Under the pieces are notes generated by a model. The model had not been told where the DNA came from. It saw only the letters and a program-made list of their open reading frames with translations, and did not search any database. A stretch of DNA of 64,000 nt from Guillardia theta CCMP2712 (lineage: Eukaryota; Protista; Cryptophyta). The position numbers were made by a program, and so were the translations under genes. The stretch is from contig NW_005434653.1 of assembly GCF_000315625.1 (NCBI RefSeq), positions 39,373-103,372 on the forward strand, in the 5' to 3' direction. Below, piece by piece: positions 24,328 through 42,425 of this stretch (within the stretch, counting starts at the first letter, position 1; every line of letters begins with the position of its first letter).

Positions 24328-26733
24328 TCACAAGTGCCATTTGTCAGTCACTTTGATTGGCCCGCTCAAGCTCGCCTGCCACGAGGAGACTCAGAAGAGG
24401 AGAGGCGAACAAGAAGGCGACACGATCAACATGAGGCAGGAGGTTCAGGAAGAAGAGTTGAGAGGTTAGCAGAATAAGACATACGAGGAGGGGGAGGAGG
24501 GGAGGAGGGGAGGAGGACGTACCTCCTTGGCCTTCTGCTTAGTCTGGAGATCTTTGAGCTCCTTCTCCTCTGTCTTAGCGAAGAGTGAATGCTTCCCCTG
24601 AAACTGCCGCATGAGCTGCGCCCGCTCCTGTACCACACTCGTCATCCTTCCCGCTCCTCGCAGTCTTCGTCTCCCTGTCTCCCTCCCCACATCGCCCTCC
24701 TCTCTCCCCCCTCCCCTTCCTCACCTGAGCGAGGGCCTTAGTTCCCTTAGTCAGCTTAAGCTGCACCTGCAGGAACATCACCACGAGCAGATAGAGCAGG
24801 ACGACCACGTAGAGGGAGAGGGAGAGGGAGAGGGAGAGGGAGAGGAGGATAAAGGGAGGTTACAGACACGGCAAGGAGGAGAAGGCTGGAAGGGAGCGGA
24901 AGGAGGGTTAACCTTGTGCTTGATTGCTTCCTCTAGCTGGTCTTTGGTTGTTTTTGCGAACTTGTGCTTCAACACTCTTGCAGTCGAATCGAACTTGTGC
25001 TGAGCGTTCTTCTCCTGCTCTCCCCTCGTCAGTTCCTCCTCTTTCTCGTCTTCCTCTGACCTTGCTCATCAGACGCTTCGAGAAAGTGAGCATGGCATCT
25101 TGATAGGAAGGCTTCTTGCTTGAGGAGGAGGAGGAGGAGGAGGAGGAGGAGGAGGAGGCAAGCTTCGCCTTTGCAGCTTCCCGCAGTTTCTTCATCATCT
25201 ACAGCCCGTCAGCTCCGCATGTCTCTGTCTGTCGCCTCCTCGTCTACCTCCTTCTTGTGCTTAAGTTTTGGCTCATCCAGCTTCGCTCTCTTGAGGTTCG
25301 ACTGCAGCATCGCCTGCTCAAACGTCATCGACATCCCCAACAACAGTGACCTGATGCCTTCCTCCTCCTCCTCCTCCTCCTCCTCCTCCTCCTTCCCTCG
25401 CTCACCTTCTCCAACATGTCGATCCCATGGACCTTCTTCTGCTCCTCCACCTTCACTTTGTGATGCAGTGACTTATGAAGTAGCCTGGCAAACTGTCACC
25501 CTCCACAACCTCTACCAACCTCCTTCCCTGTATCCCCCTCCCCTCCTTTCCCAACCCTTGTCTCTGTTCATCCTCCGCCTCCTCTACCCTACTCACGTCA
25601 TGTCCTTGGACTGCGGCTTGGTCAGCTCCAGCTCCCTCTTCATGATCATCTCCGCCTCTTTGAGATCATCGGAGCTAACAGCAAGTCAGGAGCTGGGAAA
25701 ATGAACCTGCGCCCTCCCCACCTGTCGTTCTCATCCTTGGATCTTCCCAGGTCCCTTCCTCTCATCCCAGGAGACGAGCTGAGAAACGAGCTGATCGACT
25801 TCTTGTACAACCCCTACCAGCATCTCAGCAAAAATTCTCCCCTTCCCTCTCCCCTCCCTGATCTTCCCCCCTTCCCTGCATCCTTCCTCTTCCTCCTTCC
25901 CCAGTCCCTCCCCTTCTCTCTCGCGTGTCTCCAACTGCCTCCCTCACCTCCTGCTCGGTCCTCGTCTTCTTGTTCAGCTCATCCCTCAGCTGGGCCTCGA
26001 GCTGCGATTCTGAGATCTGCGAGCCCTTGGCAATATGCCCGGCGTACTTGGCGGCCCCATCGTGGATTCCCTTTATCTTCTTGAGGAACGGCTCTGCCTT
26101 TCTCAGCATCGCGTCCTCCCTTTCCTTCGCCTCCTCGTCCAGTCGCTTCCTCAGCGCCAGCTCCTCGCTCGCGTCCCCGTCCGGCGAGCTCGCGGCGTCA
26201 GTGACCTTGATCTTCTCCCTCTTCGCCTCCTCCGCCTCCTTCTCCTCGTCCCGCAGAGACTTGAGGTCCTTGCTTGCCAGCGAGAAGGCGTGCGCCTGCT
26301 TCTGCTTTACGTCGTTGTCCAGCTCATTCTTCAGCTGAAGCTCCTCCCTGTTCTCCTTCAGCACATCAGCTGGGATCTTCGACTTGGCCATCCTCTTCTC
26401 CGCCGCCATCTTCGCGCTCGCCAGCGTCTGCTCGTGGGAGCTGCCCAGCACCTCCTCGGAGCCACCGGACGAGAAGTGAGGGGAGCGAGCAGCCTTGCTC
26501 CTCTCAGAGGTCCCTGGCTTGAGCGAGTTGGCAAAGTGAAGGTCGCGGAAGGCAGCAGACTTTTGCTGCAGGCTTGTCGGGGTCACCTGCTCCTCCTCCA
26601 CTGCCGACAGGGCAGCAAAGGCCAGCAGGCCGACAGCGAGCACCATGAAGATGGCGCTATGGCGCGCTGTGGTCGCCTGAGCTCCGTTCCTCTTGTCATC
26701 TCCAGCCCTCAAGGTGCCGCCTGCCTCCACCAT
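24328..26733 (-). CDS. Membrane-anchored K/E/A-rich coiled-coil protein, multi-exon
   Basis: MVEAGGTLRAGDDK...AIFMVLAVGLLAFAALSAV followed by a long charged exon 1. Later exons MMKKLREAAKAK..., ERAQLMRQFQGKHSLFAK, ending TDKWHL*. Confidence 0.75.
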
Positions 26734-26830
26734 GATCGCTGGGCAGACAGGCTGCAGCACAAGCGTGTTAGCAAAGTACGAGGGAGAGAGATGGAGAGAA
26801 ACTTTAAGAACATGCAGCTATAGCATCATT

Positions 26831-26963
<133 letters not shown>

Positions 26964-27416
26964 ATAGAGTTCATTATCGAGCTCTTTCTCCTGCTACTTC
27001 TCCTCCTCCTCCTCCTCCTCCTCCTCCTCCTCATGCTAACTTCGTGATACAGGTACATTTCCTGCTGCTTCTGCTGTTTCTGCTTCTGCTTCTGCTGCTG
27101 AATTGATGGTAGAGCTCCTGCTCCTGCTACTTCTCCTCCTCCTCCTGCCGCTCCTTCGCCTCCTCGTCAATGCATGCTATGTGGCCAGCATCGATGATGA
27201 ACGGGTAGTATGACTCTTCGTTCTACAACGGAGTGTAACGCCATGAGTAACGTATATAACGATATCAAACGGTATTTGTAACGGACTTCTGTCCCGAAAT
27301 AGAGAAGCAAAATGTGGGGGATGCCCGCTAGGAGATAGCGGGGGAAAGAGAGGGAGAGAGGGCGAGAAGAGAAGAAAGTGAGAGAGGAGAGGAGAGGAGA
27401 GGAGAGGAAACGAGGA

Positions 27417-27551
27417 GGACAGGACAGGACAGGACAGGACAGGACAGGACAGGACAGGACAGGACAGGACAGGACAGGACAGGACAGGACAGGACAGGAC
27501 AGGACAGGACAGGACAGGACAGGACAGGACAGGACAGGACAGGACAGGACA
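27417..27551 (+). repeat. (GGACA)n microsatellite, ~27 units
   Basis: Direct reading; ends ~18 bp before ATG 27569. Confidence 0.97.
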
Positions 27552-27568
27552 GACCCCAGACAGCATCC

Positions 27569-28186
27569 ATGGCGACAGTGGCAGCAGCTGCTGCTGATCG
27601 CGTGTGCCCTGCTGCTGCAAGGAAGAACAGGAACGAGCACAGGAGTGCTGCTGCTGTGGTCCTGTCTGCACTGCTCCTCGTGCTCCTCTCGTTTCATATA
27701 GGAGAAGGACAGGGATCGCCGAGGAAAGAGCTGCTAGCAGGAGGATCAGCTGTGGACATCTCAGCCCTTCCCAGTGCAGCAGAGCAGCAAGCATTGACGC
27801 ACTTACACTTGCATGCGGCGCCTGAGAAGGCGGGTTATGACTCGCTGCTGTCGAACGGTCCCTTCGTGCCCCCGAGGACCAAGATGCTGGAGAAACTCTC
27901 GAGGAAGAGCATGCTGGGAGGATCCATCGGCATCGATGGCAGCGTCCACCTCCTCCGGTCCGCCAAACAGATCCTGCAGGACAGGCTGCGATCGCCAGGA
28001 GGAGGTATGAAGCAAGTTCCGGCTCCATCAGGCAGGCAGACTGTGGACGAGGCGGCAGGAGAGGAAGGAGAGGATGCGGAGGAGGCGCTGCGGGAGCAGA
28101 AGAGGAGGCTGGCAGCGAAGCTGAAGAAGCTGGAGGAGGCGGCGGGGGCCAACGAATTTTACAGCATCAAGGAGCTGAATACTTAA
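27569..28186 (+). CDS. Hypothetical membrane-anchored protein (205 aa) with C-terminal coiled coil
   Basis: Single ORF with hydrophobic AAAVVLSALLLVLLSF and EEALREQKRRLAAKLKKLEEAA. Confidence 0.7.
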   Translation: MATVAAAAADRVCPAAARKNRNEHRSAAAVVLSALLLVLLSFHIGEGQGSPRKELLAGGSAVDISALPSAAEQQALTHLHLHAAPEKAGYDSLLSNGPFVPPRTKMLEKLSRKSMLGGSIGIDGSVHLLRSAKQILQDRLRSPGGGMKQVPAPSGRQTVDEAAGEEGEDAEEALREQKRRLAAKLKKLEEAAGANEFYSIKELNT

Positions 28187-28290
28187 CGCTCGAAAGGAGC
28201 TCAAGCTGCTGCAGAAGCAGGGAGGAGGAGGAGGAGGAGGAAGAGAGTGATGGACAGTGAACGAGGAGGAGCCGAAAGGCTGCATCGTCT

Positions 28291-28500
28291 TTGTTTGATT
28301 GCAGTACAAGCTACACGCTTTTGTTTGATTGCAGTACAAGCTACACGCTTTTGTTTGATTGCGGTACAAGCTACACGCCTTTGTTTGATTGCGGTACAAG
28401 CTACACGCCTTTGTTTGATTGCAGTACAAGCTACACGCTTTTGTTTGATTGCAGTACAAGCTACACGCTTTTGTTTGATTGCAGTACAAGCTACACGCTT
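28291..28500. repeat. 30-bp tandem repeat, 7 copies
   Basis: Unit ttgtttgattgc(a/g)gtacaagctacacgc(t/c)t, no spacers, between convergent 3' ends. Confidence 0.97.
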
Positions 28501-28507
28501 TCTACTC

Positions 28508-31500
28508 TCACGCTCCCCTCGCGCTGCTCAAGTCGTTGGGGGTGTAGCTATCACGATCCTGAGCGAGAGTTAGAGAAGAGAAGGGGAGGGGAGGGACTGA
28601 GAAAGAGCGACCAATGCCGAGGGGGAGGGAACAGGAACACTCCACAGAGGGAATCAAGTGAGAAGGTTGAAAGGGGAGGAGAGAAAGTAGGGAGGAGGAG
28701 GAGTGAAAGGACGGAAGTGGGGGAGTGCAGTAGATGGAGGGCACCTGGGGAAGGAGCTGGTCAGGGAAGATCTTATAAGTCGTCTTGCCGGGCTCGATAT
28801 CTCCTCCTCCAGTCTCCACAAGTCCTCTCTGTTGTTAGGTCAGGATGCCGCGGGAGAAAGCGGAAAATGGAGAAATAACAGCAGAGAGGAGACGAGAGGA
28901 GACGAGAGGACGAGGAGAGGAAGGGGAGGGGAAGTGGAGGGGAGAGGATTCAGGGATCAAGGAAGGGATGGAGGAGAGAAGGAGAGCGACAGAGGTAGTG
29001 GCACCTTGAGGATGACAGACTTTGTCTTGCTGTCGTAGATGTAAACACGCTGGTAGCCCACAAGCGTCTTGTCGTTCCAAAGCTCAAGCCTGGAGGATGA
29101 AACCATCACAAGATTCTCATCTCCCGCGCCTCCTTGTCTCACTTGTAGCCCGAGTAGAAGTTTTCTTCCTCCGACAGCTTCGGCATATCCTTGTCTCCCA
29201 TGCTCGGGTCACTGGCGCCTAGCACGAGGACCTGGCTGCGCTCGGGGTAGAGGTGCCACCCGATCTTGGCCTTGACGGGGCTGAGGCTGGAGCCCTTGGG
29301 AGGGGCGAGGGTGACGGAGGAGCTGTAGCCCATCTCCGGCTCCATCCCCAAGTTCTCCGTGAAGGTGAGCACGTGCCGAAGTCCCAAGTTGGACTGATGG
29401 CGAGCGACTACGAGGGTGACTGTCTTGGCCGAGGACGTCAGGATGTCAACGGCCTCTACAGTAGCCGTCCAGCCCTTGTAGCCGTCCTCCATGGCGTTGA
29501 GCGCCTCTCCCTCCATGGGCTCGATCACCACCTGCTGCTGCACGGCCACGAGCTTGCCCTTGACCTCGGGGAACGGCTTCAGCTCCACCTTCTGCTTCCT
29601 CAGCAGCGTTCGCATCGCCATGATGTCTTCCCTGTTGCCGGTAGCGATGAAGCGCCCTTGCACGACCGGCAGGTCGGCCTCGTGCTTGTCCGCGATCTCC
29701 CGCAACTTGTTCTTCCCTTCCTCGTCCTCCTTCCCGATGCCGATGGCGTCGAGGTTGATGCGGGAGTCCAGCTCCCGCTCGTTCATGATGTAGTTCTTGA
29801 GAGCTTTCTTGCTCGCCTCCGTCGTGTCCTCCACCTGCACCCAGTCCAGCAGCGTGTAGACGATCCACATGTGCATCATGTACATGAACATCTCGCAGCG
29901 AGGAGCCATCTCGTCCTGAAGGAAGGTGGGGTGGTCAAAGGGAGAATAACCCCTCTTGCATCCTGTACCTGCTCCTGGTTCTCGATGGCCTTGTCGTACT
30001 GTGCGCGCTTCTTGGTCAACATGTCGCTCGCCTCGCGGATGGCGTGGAACTTTGAAAGCTTCTCCTTGTCGTCTCCAACCTGACACGGCAGATCAGAGGA
30101 GGAGCAAGGAGAGGAAGGAGAGAGAGGAGGGAGGAGGGAGGAGGGAGGAGGGAGGAGGGAGGAGGGAGGAGGGAGGAGGGAAGGAGGGAGGAGGGAGGAG
30201 TGAAGGAGTGAAGGAGGGAGGGAGGGAGGAGGAAGGAGGGAGGAGGGAGGAGGGAGGAGGGAGGAGGGAGGAGGGAGGAGGGAGGAGGAAGGGAGAGAAT
30301 TGATTTCACCTTGTCAGGATGGAGCTCGATCGACAGCTGCCTGAAGATTCTCTTGATAGTCTTCATGTCAGTGTCCGGCGACACCCCTGATATGTGAAAG
30401 TAAGATTGACAACACCAGCAAGAGCAAGAGCAAGGGCAAGGGCGAGGGCAAGGGCGAGGGCAAGGGCGAGGGCAAGGGCGAGGGCGAGGGCGAGGGCGAG
30501 GGCGAGGGCGAGGGCAAGGGCGAGGGCAAGGGCAAGGGCAAGGGCGAGGGCGAGGGCGAGGGCAAGGGCGAGGGCAAGGGCAAGGGCAAGGGCAAGGGCA
30601 AGGGCAAGAATATTAATGTCTCACCCAACACGGCATAGTAATCTTTCACTCTTGGCCTGGCATTTGCGAAGATGCAAAGGGTCTTGAAGAAAAGCATCAG
30701 ACGAAGAAAACAAGAGAAACACAAGGAAAGGAGCGGAGCAATAAGGAAACGACACGAGAAGAGAAGACGATGTTGAGGTGAAAAGAGCGGGGAAGGTGTG
30801 ATATGCCAGGTCAATACCAAGAAAAAACGGAAGAAGGACACAAACAAGAGCGAAAGAGGCAAAGAAAGAAAAAGCAAGTGGAGGAGGAGGAGGAGGAGGA
30901 AGAGGAGGCGGCGGCGGAGGAGGAGGAGGCGGCGGCGGCGGAGGCGGAGGAGGAGGCGGAGGAGGAGGAGGAGGCAAGTCGGAGGGGGAAGGAGGGGTTT
31001 ACCCGGTAGAAGGACTTGGGGAAGTACTCGAGGTAGGTGGGGAAGAACCTCGAGGAGATGCCGACGCTGAGGAATGGCAGACAAACCAACTAGAACAACG
31101 TGAGACCGAGCGAGAGCGATGGAGGAGGGGGGAGAAGGCAAGAAGGATGAGGAGTGAGGAGTGAGGAGTGAGGAGTGAGGAGTGAGGAGGAGAGAGTAGA
31201 AAGTGAAGGCAAGGACTGATACCATGATCGCGCAGATCAGGTAGAAATGCTGTGTTGGCTTCCACCAGAAGCGATCCTGAATGGTGGGAATGGCCTGTAA
31301 CGATGTTAGGAAGAGCAGGGTGGGAGAAGAGGAGGAGGGGAGGAAGGGGAAGTTGAAGAGGAGGAGGCAGAGGGGAGGATTTTCGTACCAGCAGGAAGAG
31401 GAAACCGAGGAAGAGCTGGTCCATTCCTTGAATCTTCCAGGAGGCGATCAACCCCGCAAAGATGAAGACCTGACAGACCCGAGTCAGTGACGGATACGCA

Positions 31501-33024
31501 AGACGAGGGAGTGGAAGAGGAGGAGACGAAGGAAGAGGAGGCAAAGAAGGAACAAGAGGTAAGGGGGAGAAGAGATAAGGAAAGAGGGAGTACAGGGATG
31601 GAGAAGGCAAAACAACGGGGGAAAGTAGAGGAGAGGAGGAAGATAACTGAAGGAGGGAGTAAAGGAGGAAAGCACTGACATGGGCAAGAACTTCTCCCCA
31701 AGTTGTATCCCACATTCTAGTGCCGTTCTTGAGGGGCCTGAAAAGCAACAGATCGTCAAATACCTACTTGTCTCTGCTCCTCCTCCTTCATCCTCCTCCT
31801 CCTCCTTCTCCTCCATCCCTCTCCCTCCTATCATCCTCCTTCCTCCTCTCTTACCCCTTTGTTCTGCCTGGGAAGCAGATACGAATCATCGGCACAAGGA
31901 ACGAGGATAGGTAAAAATTTCCTGACAAATCGATCAGAATCTTCTCCTTTCCTCCCTCTCTCAGTCAATCTCAATCCTCCTCATTTCACATGCATGTGAA
32001 ATTCTTGTGCGCACAAGAATTTTCTCCTCCTCTTCCTCCTTCATCCTCCTCCTTCTCTCCCCCCATTCGTCTTCATGTTCATCCTCTCACCAAGGACACG
32101 CGTGTCGTTCTCGTTCCAGTAGCAGAAGGCCAAGAAAATCCACACAATGATGGTGTCTCTGATGGCACTGAGAGGAGGCAAACATCAGTGGAGAATCCAC
32201 ATGAGGGTGGAGGGATAGGAAGAGGAGTGGACGACATGACAAAGACGATGACAACAAGGAGAAAATCAAGAATGAGAAGGGAAAGATGATGATGAGAAGG
32301 AGTAAGAGGACGAGGGAGGCAGGAGGGAGGCAGGAGGGAGGCAGGAGGGAGGCAGGAGGGAGGCAGGAGGGAGGCAGGAGGGAGGCAGGAGGGAGAAGCG
32401 TCGAGGCAATTTTACCTGTAGGTGAAGGACACATAGTCTTCCAGGGAAATCTTGAGTTGGACCTGACATAGGAAGTCAGAAGAATCTAAATGATCTTGGA
32501 GGAGGAGGAGGAGGAGGAGGAGAAGTAGAATGAGGAAAAGAGGGAGATTGGCGGGGAAATGGGTGGGTTGGGGGGAGGAAAGCAGAAGGAGGGAGGGAAT
32601 TGGGGGTAGGAAGGGAGATGTGAAGGTTGGCGGGTGAAACAAGCGGGAGATTAGTTTGGTTCACCTTCACATCGTCTTTCTTGTCATGATAAGCCTGAAA
32701 CTGATCGACAACTCGTTTGAGAAGAGGACCTGGTACAGTTCCATCACTTGCTATCCTCCATTCCCTCCTCCTCCCTCACCCCCGCCCCCCTTCACCCTTC
32801 ACCCCTTCCCCGTCTCCTCCCTTCCCCCCTCTCCTTCTCTTCTCCTTTCTTCTCCCCTTACCAAAGATGAAGGGAAGGTAGAAGCTAAAGAACTTGAGAT
32901 CTCCGCGGATGAAGGCGGGGATGAAGAGGAAGGCGAGGCGGTACCAGTTCCAGCCGTGAGTGACTCGCTGAAACCAGGCGATGAAGGGCTGGAAGCGCAC
33001 GAGCGCCCTGTTGAGGGCGTCCAT
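28508..33024 (-). CDS. Multi-pass membrane DnaJ (J-domain) protein, multi-exon; start may be 33132
   Basis: Spliced [64 protein letters not shown] (HPD motif). Hydrophobic exons upstream; long C-terminal exon ~29143-29920. Confidence 0.85.
30427..30607. repeat. (G/A)AGGGC hexamer repeat in a DnaJ intron
   Basis: Direct reading. Confidence 0.93.
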
Positions 33025-34237
33025 GACTGAGGCCAGGAGCTGCGTCTTAGCGTCAGGGGGGTTGAGGATGCAGCAAAAGGCAGGCAGAGAAACGTTTGTG
33101 AAAATTGTGCACCACTGCCTCACAACGACCATGCTAGATCTCTCCCCCTCTCGCTCCCCCTGCCTTGATTTAGTTTCGGCTAACTCGTGCTCAGTCTGTA
33201 CGAGCTGGACTTGTGAGCGCTCCTATCATACCTCCCCCACTTGACATGCACGTGTACCATGGTTTGCATCGACTTGAACTTCTCTTGACAACGCTGTCCC
33301 TCGTAGCCTCCACCTGCTTCTCCACCTGCTCCTGGCTGTCCTCTCTATCATCGAACCTCTAGCTCCAAGCTTGTCTCCTCCTCCTTCCCCTCCCCCCCTC
33401 CTCCCTCCAACCTCCTCCTCCCTCCATGCCAGAGTAGACCTGGAGGAGGCCGCCGGCACCCAGGAACGAGACCACCCTGAAAAAGAGTACCCTCATCTTG
33501 ACCAAGATTTTTAGGTTATCATCAGGGGTACTAATAGATCTTTTTTTCATTTATTGTACTAGCTGGAGATCTTCTTTTTGTACCTATGGTACAAAAGCGT
33601 CCCAGAAAAGAAATGAAAACTGTTAAAAACATTTTAAATGAAGAACTGTTGGGATAGCGATCTCTCCCTTACCCCCCAGCCCTTTTGAGTGTGAAAGCCT
33701 TGGACGGATACTCGCGGATCCTCTCGCGGATCCTCTCGCGGATACTTTTGTTTCGGATCACCGTGCAATGCCTGGCCATCATTCCATGGTGAAAGCTTCA
33801 AAATACTCGAGAAGATTTCAAATTTCGAAGGTCTAAATTTGAAGTTTGTGAAAATGTCCACAAGGATGTTTGATCGGAGGCTTTTTCATGGCCATCAGTC
33901 GTGAGCGAAAGGGTGGTGGTGGTGGAGGAGGAGATGAAGGAGGATGAGCAGGAGGAGAGGATAATGAAGAGAGGAGAAGAAGAGGAGGAGAAGAGGAGGA
34001 GAAGGAGAGGAGGAGAGATCAGGGGCAGAGGAGGAGGAGGAGGAGGAGGAGGAGGAGGAGGAGGAGGAGGAGGAAAACGGGGAAGCGGAGAGGAGTAGTA
34101 GTAGCAGGGATCAAGGGCAGAGGAACTACCCATAAGGATCCAGATCCTGCAGAAGCAAGAGACAGCAGAGGGAGAGCAATTGAACAAGTCTAAGCAAATG
34201 CAAGTAACTTGAGAAACTTTGATGACGTGTCGAATAG

Positions 34238-39455
<5,218 letters not shown>

Positions 39456-39959
39456 CGGAATGTGTTGACTTCTAACAAGACGTGCACTGTTGCTCGTCTC
39501 TTTAAATGGACCTCTGATATCGTGTGAATCATAACAATCCCCCTTTCGACACAGCGGATTTCTCTTTCACTTCCTCCTAATGTTAATTCCCCTTTCCGCC
39601 GTGAGATGTGATTGTTATTGTAAGAAAGCTCCAATTGCTGAGGCCTTCAGTGATGCAGTATCATTCCCAGGCCTCGGCAGGCCAAACAGTTTCAAGATGA
39701 AATCTACCAGGCCACTTGAGGATTCTCAAGGTAGTGGGAACTCGTTCACGCCTGTTGAGCGAAATAGGAAGCGAGGGAGGATCACGAGGAGGAGGAGGAG
39801 GAGGAGGAGTAGAGAGGAGAGGAATGTTGGGTGGAGGGGAATAGAGATCGGTGTCCAAACAAGAGGATAAACAAGCACAGGGACGGGAACAAGAGGAATA
39901 AGTAGTATACAAGGGATCAGGAGCAGGGATGAAGGGTGATTAGAAGGCCACTTCCAAGA

Positions 39960-41040
39960 GGCTTTATGTAAGTTGCAATGAGGGTGGGGGGTGGAAGTTT
40001 GTTGAAACAGACAAAATATCATGAGCAGGGTAGGGTCTAGGGCTATTTATATTAGAAGATTATTAGAGATATCTGTGAGCTGAAGGGGACTGCGAAAAAT
40101 GTTTGCCGTGTAGTGTCTGTGTGGTTAGGGGTCGGTAGGTGGGGTGGTCAGGATCCTTGTCAGCGAGATTCCTTTTTAAAAGAAAAAATATATGTTTGAG
40201 ATCGCAGAGTTCGAAGAATTGTCTTTTGGAAGAAAAGAATTCCATACGATCTCCAATACTTAAAGCAAGATTTATCCGAATTCTTGGGAGTGGCTGAGGA
40301 AATTTGAATTAATCACATTGGCGTTCAAACTTGAATTTCAAGGTAGAGACTGCTTCATTGGAAGATACCGAGGAGATTTCATAGCGAGGGGTGGTTGACC
40401 AGGGGGTGGTTGATGAAGTGCCGATTGTGATTTCAATGTGTTACAGAGACTATGGGGTAGTGGGATGGAGTTGAGGGGGTCCGGGTGCTGTCACCTCATA
40501 CGTAGTTAAATGACGCCAGCAGCGATGGGGGGTGGTTTTTCAGTCAAGCAGGGGTGGGGTAGGTGCTACAGTTTATTCCTGACGACAGTGAGGCTTGCAA
40601 GAACCGAAACCACGTTTTTTCGACTCAGTGACGTCCCTTTGCCCCCCCGTGGGGGCATTCAGGCCCGCCTCAATATCCCAACAGTCATGGTCTCTCGTCC
40701 CTCGGCGGGGCTACCACCGGTCCTCTCCCCCCGGGTTAGTAGTAGTAACTGGCTGTCACGAGGGGCAGGTTTTGAGATCGGATCAGGGAAAGCCAAACGG
40801 TACTGGGGCCGGCCCGGGAGTCCGTTTTTCCGAGTTCAAGTTTACAGCCCACCGGAGAGGAGGCTGAATTTATTACTCATCAAAGTTGAGTTATCTTTAG
40901 ATTTACAGTATACAGTCAGGTTTAGTTATTCATTATAGCAGTCACGAGTGTGTGCCACCGGACTTGGACTCCCGACTCGGCCCGGCCGGCCCATGGGAGC
41001 TGCTGGGGCGGACTCGAGGTGGCTGATTCACCCGGCTTTC
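39960..41040. other. Non-coding motif island (GGGTA/GGGTG arm, then GC core) upstream of 41065
   Basis: Same vocabulary as the other islands. Confidence 0.55.
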
Positions 41041-41064
41041 GCGGTTTTGCTAAGGGTTTGTGGA

Positions 41065-42367
41065 ATGCGCCCGCTGATCCTAGTGATGCTCCTGGCGATA
41101 GGGGCAGGGGCAGGAGAGCAGGGGAGGCAGCACATGCGCCATGGTACTCGGGCATCGGTATCTGCTATGGTGGTGTGCCTGCGAGGAGGGACAGAGGAGG
41201 AGGGGAGGGGATCTACACTGCTGCACAAACGCGCGCTGGAGGTCGAGGGGGTGGAGGAGGAAAGTCGCGCTGGCGTGTTGAAGAAGCAAAGGATCCTGCA
41301 GGACAAAACCGAGCAGGACGCGTATGGTCTGGGAAAACCTCCTCCCTCGAAGCACAGAGATGAGATCGAGTCCATGCACGAGGTGGAGCTCTGCACTCTC
41401 GCTGCTGCCACCTGACCCATCCATGCCCCACAGGTCCTCAAGGTTCTCAAGAACGCCAGCAGGCTGGAGAAGATGGCAAAGAGCTCGCTTGAGGACCCGA
41501 AGATCAAGAAGAAGCACAGGAGGTTTGCAACTACCACCCAAATTATCAGAGTCAGCCCTTCATTCCTGGGGGTCCCTTCATTCCCGGAGGTGTACGAGAG
41601 GAGGGTCGAGCTCTGCTTCGACGAGTCCGAGGTGCATGATAAGGAATCTGCTCTCCGTGCTGCCGAGAAAATCATAGAGCAGGTGAGTTGAACCTCACTG
41701 CAACGAATGGAGAGCGGGGGTTTGGAGGGGGGGGGGGTGGCGGAGAGATCGTGGAGCGATTAGTTCACCACTGGCTCGTCCTAGGCTGTTCATTCCTCCC
41801 TTTCTCTCTCTCTCTCTCTCGTACTCCCTCCTCCACTTCTCATCATCTTTCATGGATTTCTGCTTGTCATGTTGTGCGCTTCCTCGACCTCCATGTCATT
41901 AACGTGCATGGGGCAGGGGGAGATGTACAACGTGCGCAGCTATGGAGGGTGGAGCTCTCATTTCCCCTTCTTTGAGAGCGCTGAGCGAAGTTTCCGCGCT
42001 GTTCTGCGCTACGACCCCGACAACGTCAAGTTCATGTCCCTCCTTGGCGCCGTGATCTCCCGCAAGGGGCCTGCACAGCTCGTCGGATCATCGATGGGGC
42101 TGAGGAGGGGGGAGGAGGAAGCAAGGTGTTGGCAGCGGGAGGCGCTGAACCTGACGGGGGAGGCCTTCCTGCGAAGGAGCGAAGACATGTCTCTGCTGCT
42201 GCGGTACATCGCAGTCCTTCGAGACCTCGATATCAACGATGAAGCTGCCAGGTCGCCGCCTGTCGGTTTGTTAGCCTCGCTGTTAACGTTGATATTGCAG
42301 AGAACTTGGCCTGAGGATGCAAGTGGATAAAATGCTGTTTGCAATCCGAGGAGCAGCAGGAGCAACG

Positions 42368-42425
<58 letters not shown>

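Noticed and set aside
28291-28500. 30-bp (and 49-bp, 46-bp) repeats as a CRISPR array
   Set aside because: The units are contiguous with no unique spacers, there are no cas genes and the context is eukaryotic.
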